Shown in pieces: positions 1 to 9,180 of a stretch of DNA of 26,237 bases. The position numbers were made by a program, and so were the translations under genes. Position 1 is the stretch's first letter, and each line of letters starts with the position of its first letter. The notes under the pieces were generated by a model that did no database searches, was not told the DNA's origin, and saw only the letters and a list, made by a program, of their open reading frames with translations. Origin of the DNA: a virus (taxonomy: Duplodnaviria; Caudoviricetes); the IMG/VR virus record IMGVR_UViG_3300032290_001428, positions 1 through 26,237 of that record. One strand, given 5' to 3'.

Positions 1-1377
1 GAAAAACTGATACTTCACAATCTAATTAAAAACGATACATATTCACGAAAAGTAACTCCCTTTATCAAAAGGGAGTATTTTCATGACCGTGCTTTGAGAT
101 TTGTTTATGAAACAATTCATGACTTCATAATCAAATATAATAATCTTCCAACAAAAGAAGCACTATATATTATACTTGACAAAAATAAAAGTATAACACA
201 AGAGGAGATGAAGCGTGTCTCACATATCATTGAAGAAATATCAAATAATCAAGAGGCATGTGATGTTGAATGGCTACTCAACGAAACAGAAAGTTTCTGT
301 AAAGAGAAAGCAGTCTACAATGCGATTATGGAATCCATTCAAATTATTGATGGTAAGTCTCAGCAATCGCAAGGATCAATTCCTGACATTCTTTCAAAAG
401 CACTAGCAATATCTTTTGATGCTCATATCGGGCATGATTATATTGAAGATTACGAGAAACGATTTGATTTTTATCACACCAAGGAAACGCGAATTGCTTT
501 TGATCTTGAGTTTTTCAATCAAATCACAAACGGTGGAACTCCAACCAAGACACTGAATATTGTGATGGCAGGAACAGGTGTTGGTAAATCTTTATTCCTT
601 TGCCATCACGCAGCAAATTGTCTGAAACAAAATCAAAATGTTCTTTACATCACATGTGAGATGGCAGAAGAAAGAATTGCAGAACGAATTGATGCAAATC
701 TATTGGATGTAACTCTTGATACTCTTCGTGAATTGCCAAAAACAGTTTATGAGAAGAAGATGAATAATCTCAGTGCTGGAGTCAAGGGTAAATTGATTAT
801 CAAGGAATATCCAACTGCAACCGCAAATGTCAATCATTTTAGATTCCTACTTGATGAATTGCAACTGAAACGCAAATTCAAACCTGATATTATCTTTGTT
901 GATTATCTAAACATCTGTGCTTCCGCAAGATTGAAAAATGGTAACAATGTAAATTCTTACATGTATGTGAAATCTATTGCTGAAGAGTTGCGTGGTCTTG
1001 CAGTTGAATATGGTGTTCCATTGTTCAGTGCTACACAAACTACACGATCTGGTTATTCCAGCACTGATGTTGGTCTTGAAGATACATCTGAATCTTTCGG
1101 TCTTCCTGCTACAGCAGACTTTATGATTGCACTTATTTCTACTGAGGAATTGGCAGAGATGAATCAGATCATGGTCAAGCAATTGAAGAATCGTTACAAT
1201 GATACTGCATCAAATCGTAAGTTTATTCTTGGTATCAATCGTGCAAAGATGAAGGTGTTTGATATCAAGAAGGAAGAAGCAGCAATTATTCCAGCATCAA
1301 ATAAATCACAACAACAGACTACAAAATCTGGACAATCGTTTGTGAAATCGAATGATGTAGATACTTGGAAGTTTTAA
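1..1377 (+). CDS. 41: Replicative DNA helicase, T4 gp41-like (DnaB/SF4); 5' end lies outside the window
   Basis: Frame is open from base 1 (EKLILHNLIKNDTYSRKVTPFIKREYF, a typical gp41 N-terminus). Walker A AGTGVGKS, YITCEM, Walker B IFVDYL, SATQTTRSG, SESFGLPATAD, KQLKNRY. Confidence 0.95.
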   Translation, partial: EKLILHNLIKNDTYSRKVTPFIKREYFHDRALRFVYETIHDFIIKYNNLPTKEALYIILDKNKSITQEEMKRVSHIIEEISNNQEACDVEWLLNETESFCKEKAVYNAIMESIQIIDGKSQQSQGSIPDILSKALAISFDAHIGHDYIEDYEKRFDFYHTKETRIAFDLEFFNQITNGGTPTKTLNIVMAGTGVGKSLFLCHHAANCLKQNQNVLYITCEMAEERIAERIDANLLDVTLDTLRELPKTVYEKKMNNLSAGVKGKLIIKEYPTATANVNHFRFLLDELQLKRKFKPDIIFVDYLNICASARLKNGNNVNSYMYVKSIAEELRGLAVEYGVPLFSATQTTRSGYSSTDVGLEDTSESFGLPATADFMIALISTEELAEMNQIMVKQLKNRYNDTASNRKFILGINRAKMKVFDIKKEEAAIIPASNKSQQQTTKSGQSFVKSNDVDTWKF

Positions 1378-2375
1378 TGTCTTTATATATTGATAAGAAA
1401 TATGTTAATCTAGTATCCACTTCTCTTGAAAAATTCAAGTGGAAGAAAGTTAATCTTGCAAATTGCAGATGTCCAATTTGTGGTGATTCAGAAACAAATA
1501 AAAATAAAACAAGAGGATATTTCTTTAGCAATACAGATAGATATTTTTATAAATGTCATAATTGCGGTGTTTCATACAATATATACAGATTTTTAGAAAT
1601 TGTATCTCCATCTTTATTTAAACAATATTGTTTAGATAAATTTACTGATAAAAATAACATTGACGAATATTTGCGTGATGATGTTATTGATTATGCAGAT
1701 CAAATATCATCAATACCAATTTATGATATGATTGAGGAACTGCCTCCTGATCATGCTGCTATACGATTTCTGTCATCTAGAAAAATACCAGAAAATAAAT
1801 GGGATAGATTTGGTTATACTAAAACATTTGGTGTGTTTGCTAAGAAATTTAATTCTATCTATAATAATCTATTAGAAAAAGATGAAAGAATTATAATACC
1901 AATATTTGATGAAAATAATCAAATTATTGGAGTGCAAGGAAGATCAATTGGAAATGTGACTCCAAAATATATCACACTAAAGCAGAATGATAAAATCAAA
2001 TTAATTTATGGTATGGATACAGTTGATAAGAGTAAATTAATTTATGTTGTTGAGGGTCCAATAGACAGTTTATTTTTACCTAACTCTATTGCTGTTCTAG
2101 GTCTTGGTAATTTCTTAGACGCAAGAAGTAAATTGCAAAATCAAAATCTTGTTTTTATATTAGATAATGAACCACGAAGTAGAAATTTATCAAACACAAT
2201 GAAAGATTTGATTAAACTAAATGAACAAGTAGTAATATTTCCACCAGACATCAAATGTAAAGATATTAATGATATGGTGTTGAAAGATATTAATGTTCTT
2301 GATATAATACAGCAACACACATATAGTGGTGCATCAGCATTGTTAGCATTTAATGCATGGAGAAAATGTTCATGA
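1377..2375 (+). CDS. 61: DNA primase, T4 gp61-like
   Basis: Zn finger CPICGDS...CHNC, RIIIP, QGRS, KYIT, TOPRIM VEGPIDS, DNEPR, KDINDM. ATG 1377 overlaps the helicase TAA (TAATG). Confidence 0.95.
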   Translation: MSLYIDKKYVNLVSTSLEKFKWKKVNLANCRCPICGDSETNKNKTRGYFFSNTDRYFYKCHNCGVSYNIYRFLEIVSPSLFKQYCLDKFTDKNNIDEYLRDDVIDYADQISSIPIYDMIEELPPDHAAIRFLSSRKIPENKWDRFGYTKTFGVFAKKFNSIYNNLLEKDERIIIPIFDENNQIIGVQGRSIGNVTPKYITLKQNDKIKLIYGMDTVDKSKLIYVVEGPIDSLFLPNSIAVLGLGNFLDARSKLQNQNLVFILDNEPRSRNLSNTMKDLIKLNEQVVIFPPDIKCKDINDMVLKDINVLDIIQQHTYSGASALLAFNAWRKCS

Positions 2376-2896
2376 AAATTGATAAAAAAGATTATGATTT
2401 ACTTGTTGGTCTAGCAAACTTTCACTTTAAATTCAGTGAATATGTAAGAGAACAAGATTCTGAAATGTTTTATAGAGCAATTGATTATGCAAAAACATTT
2501 ACTGAAACTGAATCTATAGAATTCGTATATTGGCATGAAGAAAATAAACAATTTTTAAATGAATTGTATACTCTTCTTTTGAAGAAAAGAACTTCTTATG
2601 AAAAATATTTAGATAAGAATGAAAACAATGAAGAAGCAATTGAAATATGGAAAAAAAGAAAGAAAACAACAAACGAAGATATTCTTGGCATTAATAATTA
2701 TATTTCAAATTTTATTCGTCATGCCAAAGAATTAAAATATTCAGAATTCGATGATGAAGATTGGAAGAATTTCTGTGGAGTTTGTTCTTTTGTGAATAAG
2801 AAAGAAAAGTTTTTGATATTTGCAATTTCTCAAATTAAAAAATATCTAGGTGATGAGTGTTCACTTATAAAGGAGTTTAATTTAGATGTTAATTAA
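2372..2896 (+). CDS. Hypothetical protein
   Basis: ORF fills the gap between primase and thyX; ATGA overlap with the primase stop; no recognisable motif. Confidence 0.75.
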   Translation: MKIDKKDYDLLVGLANFHFKFSEYVREQDSEMFYRAIDYAKTFTETESIEFVYWHEENKQFLNELYTLLLKKRTSYEKYLDKNENNEEAIEIWKKRKKTTNEDILGINNYISNFIRHAKELKYSEFDDEDWKNFCGVCSFVNKKEKFLIFAISQIKKYLGDECSLIKEFNLDVN

Positions 2897-3584
2897 TGTT
2901 CTTGATGCTGGATATGTTGAACTTGTTGATGTAATGGGTTCGGACTTGACGATTGTAAATGCTGCTAGAGTTTCTTTTAACAAAGAAAGTGAGTGGCAGG
3001 AAATCGACAACGAAGGAAATGGTGTTCTGTCTGCAAAGGACTCAAAACTTATTTCTTATTTGGCAGAACACAAACACTGGACACCATTCGCGCATCCGCA
3101 GATTACTCTGCGAATCAAAGCGCCTATTTCCATTCGCACTCAACTTTTTAAACATAAAATCGGTTTTGTTGAGAATGAAATTTCTCGTCGTTATGTTTCA
3201 TATGTTCCTGATATTTATCAACCATTCTGGAGAGCAAAACCTGCTGGTAGCGCAAAACAAGGTTCTGAAGATTTCGTGAAAGATGGTGAAAATAAAAATA
3301 CTTTTCAAAGAACATACAAAGAAGCAACAGATAAGTGTTTAGAAATTTACAATTCTCTTATAGATAATGGAGTTGCACCAGAACAAGCACGATTTGTTCT
3401 CCCACAGGGAACATATACGGAGTGGTGGTGGACAGGATCTCTTGCTGCGTATGCAAGAGTTTATAACCAGAGATCTGATCCACATGCTCAATGGGAAGTT
3501 AGAGAATATGCAAAAGCGATTGGTGCAATTATTGAACCTCTTTTCCCTGAATCCTGGATTGTGCTGACAAAGGAGAATACATGA
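2886..3584 (+). CDS. thyX: Flavin-dependent thymidylate synthase
   Basis: VNAARVS, HWTPF, variant ThyX motif QLFKHK...NEISRRY, APEQARFVLP, HAQWEVREYA. Confidence 0.95.
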   Translation: MLINVLDAGYVELVDVMGSDLTIVNAARVSFNKESEWQEIDNEGNGVLSAKDSKLISYLAEHKHWTPFAHPQITLRIKAPISIRTQLFKHKIGFVENEISRRYVSYVPDIYQPFWRAKPAGSAKQGSEDFVKDGENKNTFQRTYKEATDKCLEIYNSLIDNGVAPEQARFVLPQGTYTEWWWTGSLAAYARVYNQRSDPHAQWEVREYAKAIGAIIEPLFPESWIVLTKENT

Positions 3585-5500
3585 AAGAATTACCTTCTGA
3601 TTATCAGAAATTTATACACACCTCTAGATATGCTCGTTGGATTGAAAAAGAAAAAAGACGAGAGACATGGGCAGAGACAGTAAAGCGTTATTTTGATTTT
3701 TTTGAATCCCATTTAAAAGAACATAATAATTATACAATTCCAGCAGATCTTCGTAAGGAACTAGAAGATGCAGTTCTTAATCTGGAGATCATGCCATCAA
3801 TGCGCGCATTGATGACAGCAGGAGAAGCACTCAAGCGTGATAACACAGCAGGGTATAATTGTTCGTATATTACAGTTAATCGCATTAGAGCATTTGATGA
3901 AATTCTCTACATATTAATGTGTGGTACTGGTGTTGGTTTTAGTGTGGAGCGTCAATATGTTGAAAAACTTCCAACAATTGCTGAACAGTTTACGGATTCT
4001 GACACCACGATCATTGTTGAAGATAGCAAAGCTGGTTGGGCTAAAGCTTACAAAGAACTTATCTCCTTACTCATTGGAGGTCAGATACCAAAATGGGATG
4101 TATCAAAAGTTCGTGCTGCTGGGGCGCGCCTCAAAACATTCGGTGGTAGAGCGTCTGGACCAAGACCACTTGAAGATTTATTTAAATTCACCGTTGATAC
4201 TTTTAAAAGAGCATCAGGGAGAAAACTTACATCTATTGAATGCCACGATATTGTATGCAAAATTGCAGAAATTGTCGTGGTGGGAGGAGTCCGTAGATCT
4301 GCTCTTATTAGTCTCTCCAATCTTACAGATGAAAGAATGCGAGATGCCAAATCGGGAGCATGGTGGAATGATAATCCACAGCGCGCACTTGCAAACAACT
4401 CCGTCGCATATAAAGAAAAACCAGAAATAGGAGTATTTTTAGATGAATGGGTTGCGTTATATAAGTCAAAAAGTGGAGAACGCGGTATTTTTAATCGCGA
4501 TGCTTGTCGGAGAACAGTGTCTAAACTTACAGATCGTCGTGATTCGTCTTATGAGTTTGGCACAAATCCTTGTTCTGAAATTATTTTACGCGACCGTGAA
4601 TTTTGTAACCTCACTGAAGTTATAGTTCGTCCAGAAGATGATGTATCATCACTCCGTAGAAAAATTAGACTTGCTGCAATTCTTGGTACATGGCAAGCAT
4701 CACTGACACATTTCCCATATCTTTCATCAGAATGGAAAAAGAATTGTCAAGAGGAAGCATTGCTTGGACTTTCACTTACTGGAATTCTTGATAATAAAAT
4801 GATGCGTTCAATGAATATTCTTCCAGATATGCTGGAAAATTTAAAGAAAGAAGCAATTGAGACTAATAAAGTCTGGTCGTCTAAAATAGGAATTAACCCA
4901 GCAGCAGCAATTACTTGCGTAAAACCATCAGGAACAGTTTCTCAGTTGACTGATTCTGCATCTGGTATTCATGCAAGACATAATGAATATTATATTCGTA
5001 CAGTTCGTGCGGATCGTAAAGATCCTCTATGTCAAATGATGATTGATATGGGATTCCCAGCAGAACCATGTGTAATGAAACCAGATCATACTATGGTATT
5101 TTCGTTTCCTATGAAAGCAGAAGGATCGATTACAAGAAACGATATCACAGCAATTGAACATTTAGAGTTATGGTTAGCATATCAGCGTCATTGGTGCGAA
5201 CATAAACCTAGTATAACTATTACCGTAAGAGAACACGAATGGATGGAAGTGGGTGCTTGGGTATACAAGCATTTTGATGAGATCTCGGGTATTTCATTCC
5301 TCCCACACTCAGATCATTCATACAGACAAGCACCTTATCAAGACTGCACAAAAGAAGAATATGAAATAGCACTTGATAAGATGCCAAAAAATGTTGATTG
5401 GACATTGCTTATAAATTATGAGAAGGAAGATAAGACAGTAGGAACACAAACTTTCGCTTGTAGCGGAGATAAGTGTGAAATAGTAGATTTAACAAATTAA
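3581..5500 (+). CDS. nrdJ: Class II (adenosylcobalamin-dependent) ribonucleotide reductase
   Basis: SRYARW...RRETW, PSMR, YNCSY, GTGVGFS, VGGVRRSA, NPCSEI (thiyl Cys), TCVKPSGT, EHKPSIT, C-terminal Cys pair CSGDKC. No adjacent nrdB. Confidence 0.9.
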   Translation: MKELPSDYQKFIHTSRYARWIEKEKRRETWAETVKRYFDFFESHLKEHNNYTIPADLRKELEDAVLNLEIMPSMRALMTAGEALKRDNTAGYNCSYITVNRIRAFDEILYILMCGTGVGFSVERQYVEKLPTIAEQFTDSDTTIIVEDSKAGWAKAYKELISLLIGGQIPKWDVSKVRAAGARLKTFGGRASGPRPLEDLFKFTVDTFKRASGRKLTSIECHDIVCKIAEIVVVGGVRRSALISLSNLTDERMRDAKSGAWWNDNPQRALANNSVAYKEKPEIGVFLDEWVALYKSKSGERGIFNRDACRRTVSKLTDRRDSSYEFGTNPCSEIILRDREFCNLTEVIVRPEDDVSSLRRKIRLAAILGTWQASLTHFPYLSSEWKKNCQEEALLGLSLTGILDNKMMRSMNILPDMLENLKKEAIETNKVWSSKIGINPAAAITCVKPSGTVSQLTDSASGIHARHNEYYIRTVRADRKDPLCQMMIDMGFPAEPCVMKPDHTMVFSFPMKAEGSITRNDITAIEHLELWLAYQRHWCEHKPSITITVREHEWMEVGAWVYKHFDEISGISFLPHSDHSYRQAPYQDCTKEEYEIALDKMPKNVDWTLLINYEKEDKTVGTQTFACSGDKCEIVDLTN

Positions 5501-5509
5501 GGAGTATAT

Positions 5510-6283
5510 ATGAAAAATTTAGTTAAGACAGTATTGGTAGGATTCGTAGCACTTTTTGCAAATACTTTTGCTGTAGCACAGGAAGTCGAAGCAGCAAAAC
5601 CACAACGCGAACCAGGTCAGCGTCAAAGAGCAGATCAAGGGTTCAAGATGAATCTCACAGAGCAATTCTCAATTTATAGTTTTGATTCTGGTACAATCAC
5701 TCAGTGGGATACAAAATTAGATTTTAAATTGGATAATGATGTTAAGGTAGACATTGTTCTTCCAGTATTTAATGATGAAAGTCAGGCAAATTCAACAGGA
5801 GTTGGTGATGTAAATGTAAATCTCACCTACGATAATGCAGTTGAATTTTTAGGATTCTCTGTTGACATTTTTGGTGGAGTTGGTGTACCTCTTGATGGTG
5901 ATTATTCATCAAGTGATTGCACTTTTTCTGGTGGTGCAGCACTATCTGCAACATGGGAAGCATTAGACTTTACTCAATCAGTCAAGTATACACTTGTCAA
6001 CGATTACACATATATGCCAGTTTTTGGTGGATTTGTTGAGGATAATGTCTTTGCTCTAGAGTCTACTCTAAAGTATAATGTTTCTGATAAATTTGGAATC
6101 TGTGGTAATATTGATCAATTCTATACTGATGGTCAGAATGTAATTACTGTAGGACCAAGTGTTTCATATAATTTTGCTCACAACATTTCATTTAATGCTG
6201 GAGTAGCATTTGCAGTAACCGAAGATCTTGATGTAGAAGATATGGATACTGTTACTACTTTCGGTCTGGGTTTCAAGTTCTGA
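5510..6283 (+). CDS. Secreted outer-membrane beta-barrel protein (porin/transporter-like)
   Basis: RBS AAGGAG; signal peptide ending AVA|Q; alternating amphipathic strands; GVGD motif; C-terminal TFGLGFKF with terminal Phe (BamA signal). Confidence 0.7.
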   Translation: MKNLVKTVLVGFVALFANTFAVAQEVEAAKPQREPGQRQRADQGFKMNLTEQFSIYSFDSGTITQWDTKLDFKLDNDVKVDIVLPVFNDESQANSTGVGDVNVNLTYDNAVEFLGFSVDIFGGVGVPLDGDYSSSDCTFSGGAALSATWEALDFTQSVKYTLVNDYTYMPVFGGFVEDNVFALESTLKYNVSDKFGICGNIDQFYTDGQNVITVGPSVSYNFAHNISFNAGVAFAVTEDLDVEDMDTVTTFGLGFKF

Positions 6284-6294
6284 TATATAGTTAA
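6281..6294 (+). promoter_or_regulatory. Variant late promoter-like element TGATATATAGTTAA
   Basis: Identical 14-mer at 10545-10558 ahead of the tubulin gene; GATATATA is a two-mismatch variant of TATAAATA. Confidence 0.4.
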
Positions 6295-6365
6295 GTCCAA
6301 TCAACAACCCCACCTGAGATAGCATCTCAGGTCCGACAACCTCCAGAAATGGAGGTTGTTTCTTT
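6295..6365 (+). ncRNA. Candidate small RNA with two hairpins
   Basis: Perfect 9-bp stem ACCTGAGAT-agc-ATCTCAGGT (6312-6332) and 10-bp stem ACAACCTCCA-gaaa-TGGAGGTTGT (6336-6359), preceded by a promoter-like element. Confidence 0.35.
6336..6365 (+). terminator. Intrinsic terminator
   Basis: 10-bp stem, GAAA tetraloop, followed by TTCTTT. Confidence 0.7.
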
Positions 6366-6366
6366 G

Positions 6367-6374
6367 TATAAATA
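6367..6374 (+). promoter_or_regulatory. T4-type late promoter TATAAATA
   Basis: Exact gp55 consensus, intergenic, 16 nt before ATG 6391. Confidence 0.8.
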
Positions 6375-6390
6375 CTAAAAAAGGGACATT

Positions 6391-7476
6391 ATGCACAAAA
6401 AGGAAAGAAAAGTTTTATTTATCATAAAACAAAGATACGCTTATGGGCAAAAAACAAAAGCATATGGTCTTTATAATTCCTGCGATTTTGTTTCTAGAAA
6501 ATTAAATGAACTTGATATAGAATCAAAAGTAGTACAAGTAATTGATAATAATTCAATTGATCGTGAAGTTTCTATATTTAAACCAACTGATGTTTTTATT
6601 GAAGCACTATGGGTGGTTCCAGAAAAATTTAGAATACTTTCTAGATTACATCCAAAAGTTAAATGGCACATACGACTTCATTCTAAAACACCATTTATTG
6701 CTGTTGAAGGAAATGCATTTAATTGGTTAAATCAATATATGGATCTTAGACGAGAAGGAATTGATATAGAATTAAGTGCAAATAGTGAAGAATTTTACAA
6801 AAACTTAATAAAAATTTATGGACATAAACATATATCTTATAGTCCAAATATGTACTTTCCTTCAGAGAATTTAACTCCATCTAATTTGGTTCCTGATATC
6901 AGGACAAATAATAATGAATTTCATATTGGAATATTTGGAGCATTAAGACCATTAAAAAATCATTTACAGCAAGCAATTTGGGCAATTGAATTTGGGAATT
7001 ATTTAAATCGTCCAGTATCTGTACATATTAATGTTTCTGAGCATGAGTCATATTCTGCGCAAAATGGGGTTTCTAATATTTTATCAAATATTAGAAATTT
7101 ATTTGAATCGCAAAATAATGCTAAATTGATTGAACATCCTTGGTATACTCATATTGATTTTTTAAATGTAGTAAAGCAGATGGATCTTGGATTACAGGTT
7201 TCATTTAGTGAAACTTTTAATATTGTTGCTGCTGATTTCATACATATGAATGTTCCAATTGTTGTTTCAAATGAAATTGAATTCGTTAATCCATTATGTA
7301 GAATCAATTCAAATTCATCATCCGATGCTCTTGGTGCTATGAAGATTGCATCTAAATTTAAGAAATTAGGATTAAATCGAATTAATAAATTTTTATTGAA
7401 TAAATGGAATGATAATGCGTTAGATGAATGGAAAAAATTATTAAAAGGAGATAGAAATGAAAAATATTTTAAATAA
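6391..7476 (+). CDS. GT-B fold glycosyltransferase (GT4-like)
   Basis: IGIFGALRPLKNH and LQVSFSETFNIVAADFIHMNVPIVVS match the GT4 donor-binding EX7E region, here EX7D. Confidence 0.7.
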   Translation: MHKKERKVLFIIKQRYAYGQKTKAYGLYNSCDFVSRKLNELDIESKVVQVIDNNSIDREVSIFKPTDVFIEALWVVPEKFRILSRLHPKVKWHIRLHSKTPFIAVEGNAFNWLNQYMDLRREGIDIELSANSEEFYKNLIKIYGHKHISYSPNMYFPSENLTPSNLVPDIRTNNNEFHIGIFGALRPLKNHLQQAIWAIEFGNYLNRPVSVHINVSEHESYSAQNGVSNILSNIRNLFESQNNAKLIEHPWYTHIDFLNVVKQMDLGLQVSFSETFNIVAADFIHMNVPIVVSNEIEFVNPLCRINSNSSSDALGAMKIASKFKKLGLNRINKFLLNKWNDNALDEWKKLLKGDRNEKYFK

Positions 7477-8785
7477 CTTATTAACTTCTCTTGTTGCACT
7501 TTTGTTATTAGTGGCAACTGATGCATCAGTTGCTCAAACTCCACCTACTAAGGTTCCACAAGCAGATGGAACAATTCAATTAGTTCCTGTTCCTCCTGCT
7601 GTCGTGTTTACCCCATATTTTATTGATCCAACCATAGGATATAGGGTTCTTTTTGAGTCTGGTTATTCTAATAAAGATTGGGACGGAAGAACTAAAAACG
7701 GATTGCTTGCCAAGAAGGGCGATGTGATTGAAGCACGCATTCTTGCTCAACCAATATCAAAGACCAAGATTGTAGATGGCAAGACAGTATATCTCTGGAG
7801 CATTTTCCGTAGTGGAGATTTTGTAGTGTCTTGGGACAGTGCAAAGTTTGAACTGCTCCCTATTACAACGATGCTTGATGCCTCCGTTTTCAATAATGCG
7901 AAATCAGGATTTGTTGCTCCCGATAAATCTGGAGGAGTAAACGAAGCAGCAGTTCCAGCAGATGGCAATGCCCTGTATCATGTAGAAGTTTTACCAGCAC
8001 CAGAGAATAGAGTACCTGCATTGCAACCTCTATATTATCAGTGGAATTTTAATGGATATATGTGGCAAAGTGCATATCGTGTTGTTGGAACTCTTAAGTT
8101 TAAAGTCAAAGGAGACTTCTACTATCCTACTAGTCAATTGACTGATATAAAAATTCTTCCCAGCATCACGGTGAATGGAATCGAAACCAAGACAAAGATT
8201 GATGGAAGTCCAGTAGTAGGCACAAACATTCTTAGCGAAACTCGCAATGCAGTAAATCAGATCAAATTTGGTGCTCCACAAGATTATAAGATTTCTCAGA
8301 AACTCTCAGCGCCAACAACTAAATTTAAAGTTGGCGATACGATTCCAGTAAAGATTCTCATCAAGAATGAAACTCTTCCACAAAGAGCAATTTCAGTATC
8401 TTCTATATTTGCCTGGGACAACACCAAGTTGGAATTCATGGGTATCAATACGACAGGAGCAAGGGCAAGCATGATGAACAAGATTGATCTTGTTGATCCT
8501 AGAGCAGTCAATGAGGCAGTGATTCCAAAAGACGGAAATGCTTGGCATAACTGGTTGTGTCAACTTGGTGACAAAACCTACATCGACAAGGAAAATCTCA
8601 TAGTTATTCTAAACTTCAAGGTAATAGCACCATTCGATGCTACTATGGTTGAACTGATAGAGAAGAGTGATCCTCGCATCGCTGGATTATTTCAATCTGA
8701 CCAAACAGGTATATTAGGAAGCGATACTCCTGGTGTGTTTGTGACTGGACAAAAAACAAATGCAATAATTTTTGGTTTACCATAA
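7457..8785 (+). CDS. Secreted beta-rich protein with two tandem cohesin/Ig-like repeats
   Basis: RBS AAGGAG; hydrophobic signal ending SVA|Q; internal duplication (KGDVIEARI/VGDTIPVKI, SWDSAKFE/AWDNTKLE, VNEAAVPADGNA/VNEAVIPKDGNA, LKFKV/LNFKV). Confidence 0.6.
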   Translation: MKNILNNLLTSLVALLLLVATDASVAQTPPTKVPQADGTIQLVPVPPAVVFTPYFIDPTIGYRVLFESGYSNKDWDGRTKNGLLAKKGDVIEARILAQPISKTKIVDGKTVYLWSIFRSGDFVVSWDSAKFELLPITTMLDASVFNNAKSGFVAPDKSGGVNEAAVPADGNALYHVEVLPAPENRVPALQPLYYQWNFNGYMWQSAYRVVGTLKFKVKGDFYYPTSQLTDIKILPSITVNGIETKTKIDGSPVVGTNILSETRNAVNQIKFGAPQDYKISQKLSAPTTKFKVGDTIPVKILIKNETLPQRAISVSSIFAWDNTKLEFMGINTTGARASMMNKIDLVDPRAVNEAVIPKDGNAWHNWLCQLGDKTYIDKENLIVILNFKVIAPFDATMVELIEKSDPRIAGLFQSDQTGILGSDTPGVFVTGQKTNAIIFGLP

Positions 8786-9180
8786 TGTATGAATATGTTA
8801 TTTCTCAAGTTGTTAAAGTTGTAGATGGTGATACTTTGGATGTAATTATTGATGTTGGTTTTGATATGATGCGTAAGGAAAGAATACGCATAAATCGTGT
8901 AGATACACCAGAAAGTAAAACTAGAAATGAACTTGAGAAAAAACTAGGATTGGAAGCAAAAGAATATGTTGAATATTGGATATCTAATCAAAAACAGATA
9001 AAAATAAAAACATTCAAAGACGACAAGTATGGTAGAATTTTAGGTGAATTTTTTGGTGACAGTGGCGAATGTTTGAATGATCTTTTGATTGAGAATGGAT
9101 ATGCTTGGGAATATAATGGTGATACAAAAGTAAAAGATTTTAAACTTTTGCTTGAAAGGAGAAACCATGGTAGCAGATAA
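8785..9180 (+). CDS. Staphylococcal nuclease (thermonuclease)-like protein
   Basis: VVDGDT, RINRVDTPE, DKYGRILG, LIENGYA. Confidence 0.9.
   Translation: MYEYVISQVVKVVDGDTLDVIIDVGFDMMRKERIRINRVDTPESKTRNELEKKLGLEAKEYVEYWISNQKQIKIKTFKDDKYGRILGEFFGDSGECLNDLLIENGYAWEYNGDTKVKDFKLLLERRNHGSR

Noticed and set aside
3921-4430. 169-aa alternative-frame ORF inside nrdJ
   Set aside because: Fully nested in a conserved gene, with no motif or RBS.
1-5500. Inteins or introns in helicase, primase, thyX or nrdJ; stop-codon recoding
   Set aside because: The proteins are of normal length and continuous, and genes tile densely under the standard code.
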